Numbered from the stretch's first letter, positions 30,975 to 45,687 are shown. The stretch: 64,000 nt of DNA from Octopus vulgaris (GCA_951406725.2 OX597829.1:36022001-36086000); one strand, 5' to 3'. Numbers and translations are program-made. Notes: generated from the letters alone by a model not told the origin.

Positions 30975-31020
30975 AACACAACGTTTCGGCTGATATACCC
31001 TCCAGCCTTCATCAGGTGTC
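30975..31020 (-). ncRNA. Minimal type I hammerhead ribozyme motif
   Basis: GACAC-CTGATGA-A-GGCTG(gagggtatat)CAGCC-GAAAC-GTT-GTGTT: stem I GACAC/GTGTT, 5-bp stem II, loopless palindromic stem III. Confidence 0.75.
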
Positions 31021-31110
31021 TTGGGGAAACTTCGAACCTGATGAAGGCTGGAGGGTATATGAGGACGAATATCCATCAAATATAAATAAAGTAAACAATG
31101 TATGTGTATG

Positions 31111-31178
<68 letters not shown>

Positions 31179-31182
31179 TATG

Positions 31183-31288
<106 letters not shown>

Positions 31289-31494
31289 CAGAGATGCAGC
31301 ACGGACTTTGTCAGTGAACAGGTCGCGGATTTTAGCGACGAAAATATTTTGACAAATTAAACTTAAATGTTGGAGTGAATCGAACGGCTTTTGTGTGTTT
31401 CTTAAATGGCTTATAAACACCCCCCACGCTGCAATTGTTTTCGTTTCAGCACACGATCTCAGATCAAATTACTTGCTATGCGAGTACATCTCCG
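31289..31494. mobile_element. Probable Tc1/mariner-type MITE
   Basis: Termini TA|CAGAGATG...CATCTCCG|TA (short imperfect TIR, TA flanks); non-coding; sits in (TA)n. Confidence 0.5.
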
Positions 31495-31534
<40 letters not shown>

Positions 31535-31756
31535 CACACAAAAACACACGCACGCACATATATAGGTAAGTACGGATGTATGCAAAAATACGTAATTATG
31601 CCAACATATAGGGTCAACATTGTATCTCTGGATGCTACGTGTAATCAATTAATTTATTGAAATAAACTTAATATTTGCTTAACCTAGAGGTGACCAATTT
31701 AGAAAACGGGAAATTCTTTCGCATGAAAGCTGCGGCAAAAATCATTATTATGCCTC

Positions 31757-31788
<32 letters not shown>

Positions 31789-32425
31789 TGTATGTATGTA
31801 TGTATGTATGTATGTATGTATGTATGTACGTATGTACGTATGTATGTATGTATGTATGTATGTATGTATGTATGTATGTATGTATGTATGTATGTATGTA
31901 TGAATGTATGTATCCATACATGTAAGTATATATGTATGTTATGTATATATATGGATGCATGTATGCATATGTAAATTCATGCACACACTAAGTAATCTTG
32001 CATTCATGCATGTGTAAATATATCGGTACATATCTTTATCTATCTCTCTATCTATCTATCAGTCTATCTCTTTCTCTATCTATCTATCTATCTATCTATT
32101 TATTTATCTATCTATCTATTTATCTATCTATCAACATTGATATTTGTGCCTATGCGCGCGCGCCTATATATATATGTATATATATTATATTAAATTAGAG
32201 ATAAAACCACTATTAGGCAAATCAAACAGTGAAAATCATAAGCCAATACATAGAAATTTAATTTAATATAATATATTTATATCATAAAATTGAATTTAAT
32301 CCTAAATCTAATGTTTCCCTGTAAGTTTGGATTTACTCCCCAATATTATTATATATATATATATATATGAAAATATATTTAGATATACATATATGTATAT
32401 ATATACATATATCCATCTATATATG

Positions 32426-32496
<71 letters not shown>

Positions 32497-32744
32497 GTAT
32501 ACACACCATGCATTCGTGAGAATCTTTATGTCTGTGTTGTATGTCTCCTTCAGTGTCGCTTCACAGCTGGTTTTGTCTTGTTCACGGTCTTGCAACTTAG
32601 TGATTACGCATAAAAAACACCTACAGAATATGTATCATATCATAAGAAAACTAGTTGAAGGCATGACCCAGTTTGACCGTCCCCTAAATACTAAAACAGT
32701 TAAAATGCAATATATATGTATATATATATATATATATACATGTA

Positions 32745-32825
<81 letters not shown>

Positions 32826-33063
32826 ATATACATACACGCAATTGGAGCGATTTTTATGTATGTATATATATATATATATTATCCGTATATATAAACAGGC
32901 GGTCGTTAAGAATCTTGGTATTATACATTTACCATTACATGTCTTTAATTTGCTAGTAGGAGTTACAACATTGTGCATGTGTGCACAAGTATGAGAAACA
33001 TTTATGATATTTCGATCTCTGTGATAAAAATGACTAATAGATTTGTACATATATATATATATG

Positions 33064-33096
<33 letters not shown>

Positions 33097-33246
33097 ATAT
33101 ATAAATCCGTCTAATAAAGGCCCGAAACATATGTACCGCTGAATTATTGGCATCATGTTTTTATTTTGATTAATTTACTCCACCACCTACACCACTAAAC
33201 GGTATATACAGGTGCTTACAATTATCAAGTACTCACCCTGAATTTT

Positions 33247-33325
<79 letters not shown>

Positions 33326-33917
33326 CCGTGTGTTTGTGTCCACCATCGCTTGACAAGCCGGTGTTGTTTTTACGTCCCCGTTACCCAGGGGTTCAGCAAA
33401 AGACACGGATAGAATTTTGATATTATATATTTGCCATTAGTTAAGTGACTGAAACAAAGAAAAGGATGAAAGAAAAAAGAATACATATATATGTACATAT
33501 ATACGCATACATATATGAATGCATACATGTTTGTATGTATATACAAACACATTCACAGACACATATGTGTGGTGGTGTGTGTGTATATATTTATATGTGC
33601 ATACCTATATGTAGGGGCGCACTTACTAGTTCGTGGTTTGAATTCCTAAACGGAGTAGTGCGTTAAGTTGTTGAGAAAAATACACTGCTCTGAGATCACT
33701 GCATCACCTGACGCATGGTACACAGTGCACTTGTTCGGGCGATTTCAATTTGATGAAGAGAGTGAGCCAATTAATGTACGGTAAGAAAATTTGATCACAA
33801 ATTAAAGCAAATAATTTGTGCAGGTCGCCCGGTAAAAAGCTGGACGTAAATACGTCGTGGCCGATGGGGAATCTATCATATGTGTGTTGTGTATTATATA
33901 TATATATATATATATAT

Positions 33918-34043
33918 ATAAACTTAGATAAATTTAGATATGTTTCGACCAAAGATTGGTCCAGACAATGTCTAACTTAATAGCACCACCTGATAGGATT
34001 ATTTGAATCCTGTTTAAGTCAAGTTTTGTTTATGGTCCATTCA
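33918..34043 (-). mobile_element. Shorter copy of the same CR1-like LINE 3' end
   Basis: Near-identical to 17088-17203 (EWTINKT*, 3'UTR and tail). Confidence 0.8.
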
Positions 34044-34072
34044 TAATATATATAATATATAATATATATAAT

Positions 34073-34103
<31 letters not shown>

Positions 34104-34203
34104 AACATATATATATACAGACACACACATATATATTTGCATATATATAAACATATATGTGTGTATATATATGATATATCTATATATATATATATAATAT
34201 ATA

Positions 34204-34238
<35 letters not shown>

Positions 34239-34246
34239 TCATACAT

Positions 34247-34374
<128 letters not shown>

Positions 34375-34505
34375 TCATATATATGTCTGTATATAAGTAT
34401 GTATGTAATAATGTATTAGGAATTTTTCACATAGTGATGAAAATAATGTTTGATTACCTGATGAGTTTCTAATAGGTGATACCATTCCTGTACATATATG
34501 TAGCG

Positions 34506-34713
<208 letters not shown>

Positions 34714-34888
34714 CATAGTTCAAACTTACTGGAAATAAAAGAGGAGAAGGAATAAGAAGCATGTGTATTAGTTTGAGGGTCTGGATGAATGGAAAAGTTT
34801 TGACGCTTCGAGTTCACGGTTTTCACCAGAAAGGATTGCGAGGGGGGAAAAAGCAGAAAGAGAAAGAATATGTTGGGATCAGTGGTTC

Positions 34889-34951
<63 letters not shown>

Positions 34952-35474
34952 AATTCATACATACATATATATATACAAACATACACACACCACACTCACA
35001 CACACACACACACACATGCATAAATCATACATTGTCAGAATGTACTAGAGGGGAATATAATTATCTAACCATTTGTTATTTTCAGATTACACCCGTTTCG
35101 CAGCCTTTATCATGCTATCATAATTCTATTGTTTCATAAATTATTTTGCATGTCTGCAGTTTTGTGCATGCTACTGATTGTACATGTAGAAATCAAAGTA
35201 GATAGAGATGGCTAGCTCATCAAATGGCCAGAGCGTCAGCAATGCTTGAAAATCAATCTATTAAACACTAAAATAATTATCGCACGTTGAAGTTTGCAAA
35301 GCAGCCGTATACCTGAGGATAATAATTGGTTAACTAAACATTCCCTTCACATACTTCATGACATTTTATGTTTTATGTACTCCACATGAAACAATTTTAT
35401 CGACTGGATTTGCTGGATTTCAACTACATAGAACGCTGTAATATATTTCTTCATATATATATTTAAAATAAATT

Positions 35475-35518
<44 letters not shown>

Positions 35519-35564
35519 ACAAATAAAAACATATATATATAAAATAAATTTATATATATATATA

Positions 35565-35903
35565 TATGCAGGGCATTTGTATTTAGCCAAGTTAGGATTG
35601 ACTAACTGGAGTTCAACTACATGCACTGAGGCAGCCAGCATTGTTAACCGATAGAATGAGCACTGTACCCGCTAGGATTATATTTCCCTCTTAACTATTT
35701 GTGGAAATTTACATTATATATACATATATATATAAATTTATTTTATATATATAATGTAAATTTCCACAAATAGTTAAGAGGGAAATATAATCCTAGCGGG
35801 TACAGTGCTCATTCTATCGGTTAACAATGCTGGCTGCCTCAGTGCATGTAGTTGAACTCCAGTTAGTTAATCCTAACTTGGCTAAATCCAAATGCCCTGC
35901 ATA
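35565..35903. repeat. Near-perfect inverted repeat with ~155-bp arms
   Basis: 35565-35721 is the reverse complement of 35746-35903 with about two mismatches. Confidence 0.95.
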
Positions 35904-36148
35904 CTGTCGGTAGAAAAGTAATAAATTAATAAATATCAGGAAAACAAAGATTTACATATCTAAGTTTTATATACAGGTAAATCACAACTTTCTCTGTCAG
36001 TACCTAAATGTATTTCTACTGTAAACCGGGGCGCATTGCAAGTTGAGCATCGTAATGCACAATCTGCAGTGTACACTTGAATAATGTGATTAACTGTATA
36101 TACAACCTGAATATGTAAATCTCTGTTCTCCTGATATACATACATATA

Positions 36149-36282
36149 TGTTCGGCAAAAGAGACCGATAGAATAAGTTCTGGGCTTACAAAGAATAAGT
36201 CCCGGGGTCGAGTTGCTCGACTAAAGGCGGTGCTCCAGCAGGGCCGCAGTCAAATGACTGAAACAAGTAAGAAAGTAAGAGA
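36149..36282 (+). mobile_element. SINE family 1, tail only
   Basis: GTTCGGCAAAAGAGACCGATAGAATAAG...GACTGAAACAAGTAAG. Confidence 0.8.
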
Positions 36283-36332
<50 letters not shown>

Positions 36333-36423
36333 ATATATACACATATATATAAATACATATATACATGTTTATGTATATATACATATATGTATATAAAATA
36401 AAGGTACATAGACAGATAGATAA

Positions 36424-36513
<90 letters not shown>

Positions 36514-36833
36514 GCGCGTGTATATGTATGTATGGATATATGTACGTATGTATGTATGTATGTACGTACTATACAAAAGAAAGGTTATCAAAATCCTAGA
36601 ATATATTGGGGCACTAGATACCCTAACTGCGGAATTTTCAATTACAAGATATAAGTACTAATCATAGACATATTATTTCTTATAAGCTGCATTAATGTGG
36701 ATTCAAATAAATAAATCACATACATACAGACAAATACACAATTATATACACATACAAACACACATGCAAAAGCAGGCCCACACAAATAGATATAAATATA
36801 TGCGAGTGTGTGAGTGTGGGCCTGTATATGTCT

Positions 36834-36896
<63 letters not shown>

Positions 36897-37093
36897 CATA
36901 TATAACTATTGCGACGTCCATCGCGATATGCGACTTCGAAAGTATTATATAGGAACTGCGTATACCATGAACTTTTCCAAATAAATGTTATTTATTTAAA
37001 AGTATTATGCGCACAGATAATCAACCATATGTGCACGCATGCACACTCTATCTATGTATATATATATATGTCTCTCTATATATAGGTGTGTGC

Positions 37094-37129
<36 letters not shown>

Positions 37130-37896
37130 ATATATATATGTATGTATGTAGATATACATACATATGTATATAAACATAAATATATGTATATATGTACCTA
37201 CCTATCTATAAATATATATATGAATGCAGAGAGAGAGAGGGAGAGAGAGGGGGAGAGAGAAATCAGATGATAGTGAAAAAGCACGTGTCAAACACTGAGT
37301 GACATATTACATGCCGGATTACAGATGTGTATGCATATGTGTGTGCGTGTGTGCGTACGTGTGTGTGCATGTATCAATGCGTGTGTGTCTGTATGTGTGT
37401 TTCAGTGTGTTTGTGTGTGTGCGTGTGTGTGTGTGTGTGTATGTGCATGTGTATGTGTGCTTTTGTGTGTGTATACATTACATACATGCATACATTAATA
37501 CATTCATATATGCATACATACGTACAGATAGGCTTTCGTCTGCAACTATGCTGGGACCCAATCTTGGAGTGTTTAGTTCAACCTTTTGGGTCTAGTGCAT
37601 ATTTGTTTTAAGTCTGGTTCATATTCTAACGGTATTGTAAACGCCAAGATTCGGTTGTGTAAGGAGAAGAACAACTAACTGTTGGTCAAGTAATATAAAG
37701 GGAAATCCACAGAAGTATACACGCATTCACACAGACATATATAATACATACACACATTCATTCATACATACATACATACATACATACAAACATACATACA
37801 TACATACATACATACATACATACGTACATACATACATACATACATACATACATACATACATACATACATACATACATACATACATACATACATACA

Positions 37897-37925
<29 letters not shown>

Positions 37926-37927
<2 letters not shown>

Positions 37928-38336
37928 TCTTGAATGGGACAGAGAAGCAAAGGTATGTACCATCATAGAGGTCAGCTGCCCTGCAGATATAAATATCTCT
38001 TTGAAAATCAAAGAAAAACAGGATATCTATGGTCATCTGTTTCGAAACATCCAGATTCTATATTGAGACTATGAATTCATATTCATACCAATAATTATTT
38101 GAGCACTAAGTTTTGTTAGTAAATGCTTAAAGGAGAATCTGGAAAAACTGGGATTTTCAAAAACAGGAATCGACCGGCAAATTCGTACGAGTACAAGCTG
38201 TGAGTGGAAGAGTAAAAATATGCAAGATTTTTTCAAATGTAAATTTGTCTGTGTTAACTACATCCCCAAAATGGAGCCTTGTATTTTTTTTGGAATCCGG
38301 CTCCCTCCTCAGTGGAAGATATATAATAATTAAAAC
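37926..38336 (+). mobile_element. RLE-type LINE 3' end next to (CATA)n
   Basis: Read by eye: WDREAKVCTIIEVSCPADINISLKIKEKQDIYGHLFRNIQILY*DYEFIFIPIII*ALSFV...; ends AATTAAAACATAC; long (CATA)n immediately 5'. Confidence 0.75.
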
Positions 38337-38645
38337 ATACAAGAGACATATGCACATACACCCCCACACACACATTCACACACACACACATTCACACACA
38401 CACACACATACATATGTATCTATATATGTATATATGTATATATGTATATATACACATATATATATTTATACAAATGTGTATATATATATCGATACATATA
38501 TATACATATGTATATATATTCTTATATATATCTGTATATACATATACATATATATATATATATAATTATATGCATACATATATATTCCCTACAGCAGGTA
38601 TTTGTGATTGGCAAAGGACTCAATTAATCTTCCTATATACATACA

Positions 38646-38719
<74 letters not shown>

Positions 38720-38899
38720 ATGGCGGTGCTCCAGCTCGGCAGCAGTCAAATGACTGAAACAAGTAAAAGAGTAAAATAATATATATATATATATATAAAT
38801 CACGGAACAGTACATTATATTTATTTATATATACATCCCGAAATAGTACATTATATATATGTATATACATGTGTATATATATATATATATATATATAAA

Positions 38900-38967
<68 letters not shown>

Positions 38968-39743
38968 TATATATTTATATATATATATAGTCAATTCAAA
39001 TAAGGGAATATATAATTTTGCTCTTTAACCATAGACAAATAGCGTATTGTTTTATAATAACGTATTTTTTTCAAATAATATTAAAGAATGAAAGAGATAT
39101 TTCTTATTTAGCCATAGTTTTTAAAATTGTATTTTTTTGAAATATTTTTTCCGGTATTTAAAAAAACTAATGGGCTAAGTTATTTAGATTAAAATACTTC
39201 ATAGTATACAAACATCTTATATGACCGTTATATTAGTTTAATTTTATTTTTATCTTTTTTTATGGTTTTACTCACGCTTGGAAACAGATATATTTATATT
39301 CAGTCTTTTCTTGGCTCTGTGAATACTCATATATAAAAAGCTACAACGAGGAAATCCTTGCCCAAAAACGATGAACTTTTATAATTTTGTTATGGGTAAC
39401 ACAGGAACAATTGCCTGTGATTTATATTTAATATTTATTGTTTATCATATTATGGTATACTATTATATGAATATAATATAATGTAGTATTATGCTAATAA
39501 GTTTTGAATTTTAATTTTGAATTGGCAATTGTTATATATAAATCCATTTCTCTTCATTTTCGTAAATTTGATATATATGTGTATATATTAAATTTGTAAT
39601 TTGTACGGTTTTTCCTGCAAAATTAGGTATTTAGCAGTGGAGCCAGTGAAAGATTGGATGTTTTCAAACCTATTTTTTTTATGTGTGTGTGTATATGTGG
39701 GTGGGTGTGTGTATATATATATATATATAAGCACCTACATATA

Positions 39744-39805
<62 letters not shown>

Positions 39806-40099
39806 CGTGTGTGTGTGTGTACATATATATATTATATTTGTTCCACGTCCTCGCGTTGTTGTGTTTTCTCTGTGTTTTCATGTTTGGATTAACTTTATAT
39901 ATATATGTATATCAAAACAGAAAGAAAATGTGTGACCCCAAAAGACTCAGAGATATAGAGAAATAGACAGATACACACTGGTAAATAAATAAATCAGTTA
40001 TATACACCGCATTCTTAGCATAACAGTGTTCGACCATATTTCTTGTTGCTATTTGCCATAAAATTTATTTACCGCACTACTATTCGTGCGAAGATGGTT

Positions 40100-40470
40100 A
40101 TGTTATAAGAAGCTGGTTCTCAATGATATTGTTCTGGGTACAGTCCCAATTGCGTAGCACTTTGGAACTGACCAAAGCCTTGTGAGCGGATGTGGTAGTC
40201 GAAAACTCAAAGAGGTGTGTGTGTGTGTGTGTGTGTACATGTACACGCACACACATACATATACACATTCTTGTATTCTTGCATTTATTTCAGTTTTTTG
40301 ATTGCGGCCATGCTGGAGCATCGCTTTTAGTCGACCGAATGGACCCCCCAGAATTTACTCTTTGTAAGCCTAGTACTTAATCTATCGGTCCCTTTTGCCG
40401 AACCGCTAAGTTACTGGTACGTAAACACACCAGCCTTGCTTATCAAGCGACGTCGGGCCTACAAACACAA
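40100..40470. mobile_element. SINE family 1 head (+) and tail (-) fragments around a microsatellite
   Basis: 40100-40215 matches the head on +; 40270-40470 matches the tail on -. Confidence 0.65.
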
Positions 40471-40979
40471 ATTTATATCAGAGTAAGTACATTAATGCGA
40501 AACAAGGTGGAAAAATAGTACTCGAATACAAGAGGTAGAGTAATATGCTTTATTAAAAAGGAGCCAAAAAAATCGCAAGAACTGTTACTCAAAGTTTAAC
40601 GTTCCCGTTCGTCGGACAGTTTTGTTAGAATTCTAACAAAACTTCCGACAAACGGGAACGTGAAACTCTGAGTAACAGTTTTTGTGGTATTTGTGCTGCT
40701 TTTCAATAATACATGTGTGTGTATGTGTGTATGTGTATGTGTGTGTATTCATGCGTGTCTCTTTGTGTTTGTCGTCCCACCATTGCTTGACAAACGATGG
40801 TTGTGTGTTTATGTCCTCCTACTTTAGCGGTTCGGCAAAGAGACCGATAGAGTAAGTCTTGAAGACGACTGTATAAGGCGTTGCTCCTGCATTGCCGTAA
40901 CAGATTATTGAAACAATTAAAAGAAAAGAATATATATATATATATATATATATATACATTTATATATACACATATATAC

Positions 40980-41066
<87 letters not shown>

Positions 41067-41122
41067 AATATATATACATATATATAGTTACATACACACA
41101 CACATATATACATACACACACA

Positions 41123-41183
<61 letters not shown>

Positions 41184-42072
41184 GCGAGGTAAACTTGAAC
41201 AAGTCGAGCCACATTAGGAGCCTGCGACAATTGAAGTTGGTCGGAAAGCGAGGTCAACTGTTATCTATATAGATATATTGTTTATTAATATTTGGCTGAA
41301 GCAACGGAATGATTTCAGAGCCGAAAGTTTCGTGTATTGGCACATATCAAATCAGCCAAAGCAAAAAATCTCTCGGACTTTGAGTCACTCAGGTTGCCTC
41401 TGCTCAATATTATTAATAAAAGTTATGCCTTTGCTCTTGCTTTGAGTTTTGTTTTCTTTGTTCCCATCACCCAACGTGAGTAAATATACACATACATATA
41501 TATACATGCATATACACACTCATAAATATATATATAGATCTATCTAACTATCAATCTGTCGAGATATATTTATAAATATGAATATTAATATATATATATA
41601 CAAATATCGAGGTAGATTTAATACAGATGAATAGATAAATAGACAGGGAAGTAAGGCGGGGGAAGTAACACAGAGAGCCACGTACACATACATACATATA
41701 TGTATATATTAAAATATATACACACACACAAATACACAGTCGGACGCACGCACAGTCATACACACACTCCACCAGAATGAATTCTCAGGTTTTGATGAAA
41801 GATGGAAGTAAAGTATTAGGATCTGTATACATGTGCATGAGTGTCTCCTAATATATGCGTTTATGTGTGCGTGTGTGCATATACAAGTGCGCGCACACAG
41901 ATATATATATATATGCTTATACATATATATGTTTATATATATAAATATATATGATTATATGTATAATATATATTTGCTTGTGTCTATTTATATATATGTA
42001 TATACATATATACACATATTTATTTATAGATGCGTATACATACACTTGTAATATACACACATACACACACAC

Positions 42073-42113
<41 letters not shown>

Positions 42114-42517
42114 TATATATATATATATGTATACATATAAAAATATATAAATGTGTATATAAATATGTATCGGTGCGCGCGCGTGCGTGTGTTTATATAC
42201 ATATATATATATTCGTTTATATATACACACATGCGAGTGAAGGCCTGTGCGATAGTATATTCAAGCTCGTGATCGTTTATTTCACGTTCCACCAGTTCCG
42301 TCAGCTGGTAAAAATAAGTCGTACGTGAAATTCAAAAGGCCACCTGCTTCTCATTCTCTGTCATGCTGAATTTTTGTTGAGGATTATGTTAAGCGTACTC
42401 GTGTCTGTGGAGTACTCAGCCACTTGCATGTAAAATTCAAAAGCTGGCTGTTTTCTTTGATCGGATCGATTGAAATCTCATCGTCATAACTGACAGAGTA
42501 CCAGTCTTACATATACC

Positions 42518-42558
<41 letters not shown>

Positions 42559-42559
42559 T

Positions 42560-42778
42560 CTTTTACTCAGTTATTCTTTAATGTGTTTCAGCCATTTGAC
42601 TGCGGCCATGCTGGAGGACCGCCTTAAAGGATTTATAGACGCAGAGATCGACCCCAGGACTTATTCTTTGTAATCCTAGTACTTATTCTATCGGTCTCTT
42701 TTGCCAGACTGCTAGCTCCCAAGGACATAAACACACCAGCATCAGCTGTCAAGTGATGACGGAGGAAAAATCACAAAG

Positions 42779-42821
<43 letters not shown>

Positions 42822-42962
42822 ACGGGCTTCTTTCAGTTTCCGTCTACCAAATCCACTCACAAAGCTTTGGTCAGCCCGAGGCTATAGTAGAAGACACTTG
42901 CTGTGGGACTGAATTCGGAAACATGTGGTTGAGAAGCAAGCATCTTATTACACAGTCACGCC
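42560..42962 (-). mobile_element. SINE family 1
   Basis: Reverse complement of head, (TA)n and tail. Confidence 0.85.
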
Positions 42963-43444
42963 TATACATATGTTGATTCATACTGGTAAAGTAGAACTGA
43001 AAATATGTGTATGTTTTTATTAATATCAAGCAGAAGGAAAGGTGTGACTGACGGTCCGAATTTTTAATACATTGGTACTTATCAAGGGATAAGTGCCAAC
43101 GCACTCTTTGCCACAGCTAAATATTAATATATACATATATATATATATATATATATGGATCAAAAGAAATTTGATTCAAATTCCATGCTACTTAAAGTTT
43201 CAAACTTCAGCGTCGGGCACTGGAAATTATATACATATAAGAAAAAGAGATCACACAAGGAAAACACAGGTTATGTTATGAACTCCATTAGCTTACGGCT
43301 ATTTCTGCCATAAGATGCAAATCCAACTGTCTAAGGGGCACATTTTCCCATATACATTAGCAATTACTTTCCCACCGGTAATGCTTTCTCTATATTCCAA
43401 AAATATAATTACTTTTTCCCAAGTAAATGGTACTTCATATTCAG

Positions 43445-43524
43445 AGCTCCGATGAAGCTATAAGATATTATCCAAACACTCAACTAACAGTGCACTGCAT
43501 CTACAGCAGAAACAGCTGTATGCT
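43445..43524 (+). ncRNA. Hammerhead-like motif with CCGATGA core
   Basis: AGCT-CCGATGA-A-GCTATAAGAT...ATCTACAGC-A-GAAAC-AGCT-GTA-TGCT; the opposite arm restores stem I and stem II pairing. Confidence 0.55.
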
Positions 43525-43708
43525 AATGAAGTGCATAACATAACCATTGTGTCATCTCTTTTTCTTATTACTACTCTATACTCATCTAATACTTTGTTTC
43601 GGAACATATGTCTATTGAGTTCTACACAGGTTATCATTCTCGCAATTCCTAAGCGATATATATGTATTTATATGTATGTATGCATATTATATATTATATA
43701 TATATATT

Positions 43709-43763
<55 letters not shown>

Positions 43764-44219
43764 TTGTGTGCATAAGCAATTATGCGGATAAAAATAATTA
43801 AACAGATCAAGTATATTATATATATATTAAATACATCAAATACATAATATGTATATATGTCTACATGCATAACGAGAGAAAGCAAAAGATGGAGACTTTC
43901 AGATGGTGATTTTTTTAAGTTTCCACATTTCGCTGCCTCTCGTTTTGCATGTATACATATATACATATTTTGCATTTGATGTATTTAAGATATTTAATAT
44001 ATTTTGATCTGTCTAATTGGTCCTCCGCATAATTGCTTCCCTAGCCGCTCAAGTTGATCCCTCTTATAGTGTTTCTTTACTAAGTGGAATGATTCACCTG
44101 TACAGACATCGGAGTTTAAGTATGAATCTTTTGAGCGCTACTAAGTGTTTTCTATACAAAGAATATGTGGATCTTAACAGCTTTTATCTTTCTCTCTCTC
44201 TCTCTCTATATATATATAT

Positions 44220-44288
<69 letters not shown>

Positions 44289-44960
44289 AAGAGAGATAGA
44301 TAGGCACACACACGTATATGTATGTACTTATGTGTGTTTGTGCGTGAGTCTTTGTGTTTGTCCTCCGCCAACGCGAAATGACCGGTGTTGGTATGTTTAC
44401 GTCCCCTTAACGTTTAAGCAAAAGACGCCGATAGAGTAAGTACCAAGCTTTAAAAATTTAGTACTGCCGTCGATTCATTCGGCTAAAATTTCTTCCAAGC
44501 AACTTAAGAAAAAGGAACTAGTCAGGACTAGGATTAAAAAAAATACTAATTAATTTAGCAATTACGCCTCTTTGAGAAATTCATCCTGAATGAACACATA
44601 TAGATCATTCATACCTTTTCTCCATATATGTGAGTTTGCGGCAAAAATGATCTTCTGCTGAATTTTTGTTTCTCTTTTTTTTTTTTTTTTTTTCTTGGGT
44701 TAACAACTTCACCTTCTGATTTTTTCGACTCACATATATATCCATAAGAAATCATTTATGAAATCCCTGAAAGAGAAAATCACTATCAATGTGATGACTA
44801 CCTTCATTTCCTTAATATATAAGGTTAGCTCACCACAATATATATATATAGAGTGAGGCAGCTATACACCTATACGTACATACATAATTACATATATGCA
44901 TACATATTCATATGTATGTATGTATATATATGTGTGTGTATAGCTTTATATATATATATG

Positions 44961-45000
<40 letters not shown>

Positions 45001-45002
<2 letters not shown>

Positions 45003-45353
45003 CGTAGGAGTGGCTGTGTGGTAAGTAGCTTGTTTACCAACCACATGGTCCTGGGTTCAGTCCCACTGCGTGGCACTTTGTGCAAATGTCTTCTACTATA
45101 CCCTCGGGTCGATCAAAGCCTTGTGAGTGGATTTGGTAGACGGAAACTGAAAGAAGCCCGTCGCATATCTGTATATATATATGTGTGTGTTTGTGTGTAT
45201 ATGTTTGTGTGTCTGTGTTTGGCCCCCAACATCGTGTGGACCGATAGAATAAGTACTATGCTTACAAAGAATAAGTCCTGGGATCGATTTGCTCGCCTAA
45301 AGGCGGTGCTCTAGCATGGCCACAGTCATTGAAACAAGTAAAAGAGTAAAAGA

Positions 45354-45355
<2 letters not shown>
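45001..45355 (+). mobile_element. SINE family 1
   Basis: Intact head with A and B boxes; tail with an internal deletion. Further tail fragments at 45425-45690. Confidence 0.9.
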
Positions 45356-45388
<33 letters not shown>

Positions 45389-45687
45389 AGCGCACGCGCA
45401 CACACACATAGATGGATATATCAAGGCGGGCCGCAGTCAAATGACTGAAACAAGTAAAATAATAAAAGAATATATATATATATATATATGTATATGCTTG
45501 TGCGTCTGTGTTTGTCCCCCACCATTGTTTGATAGCCGATGTTTGTGAGTTTACGTCCCAATAACTTAGTGGTTCGGCAAAAACCCGATAGAATAAGTAC
45601 TAGGCTTACAAAGAATAAGTCCTAGGGTCAATTTATTTGACTAAAGGCGTTGCTCCAGCATGGCCGCAGCCAAATTACTGTAACTGG

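Noticed and set aside
41281-41420. Degenerate inverted repeat with CTGAAG...GAAA
   Set aside because: Core incomplete and no cleavage triplet or stem I; arms only weakly similar.
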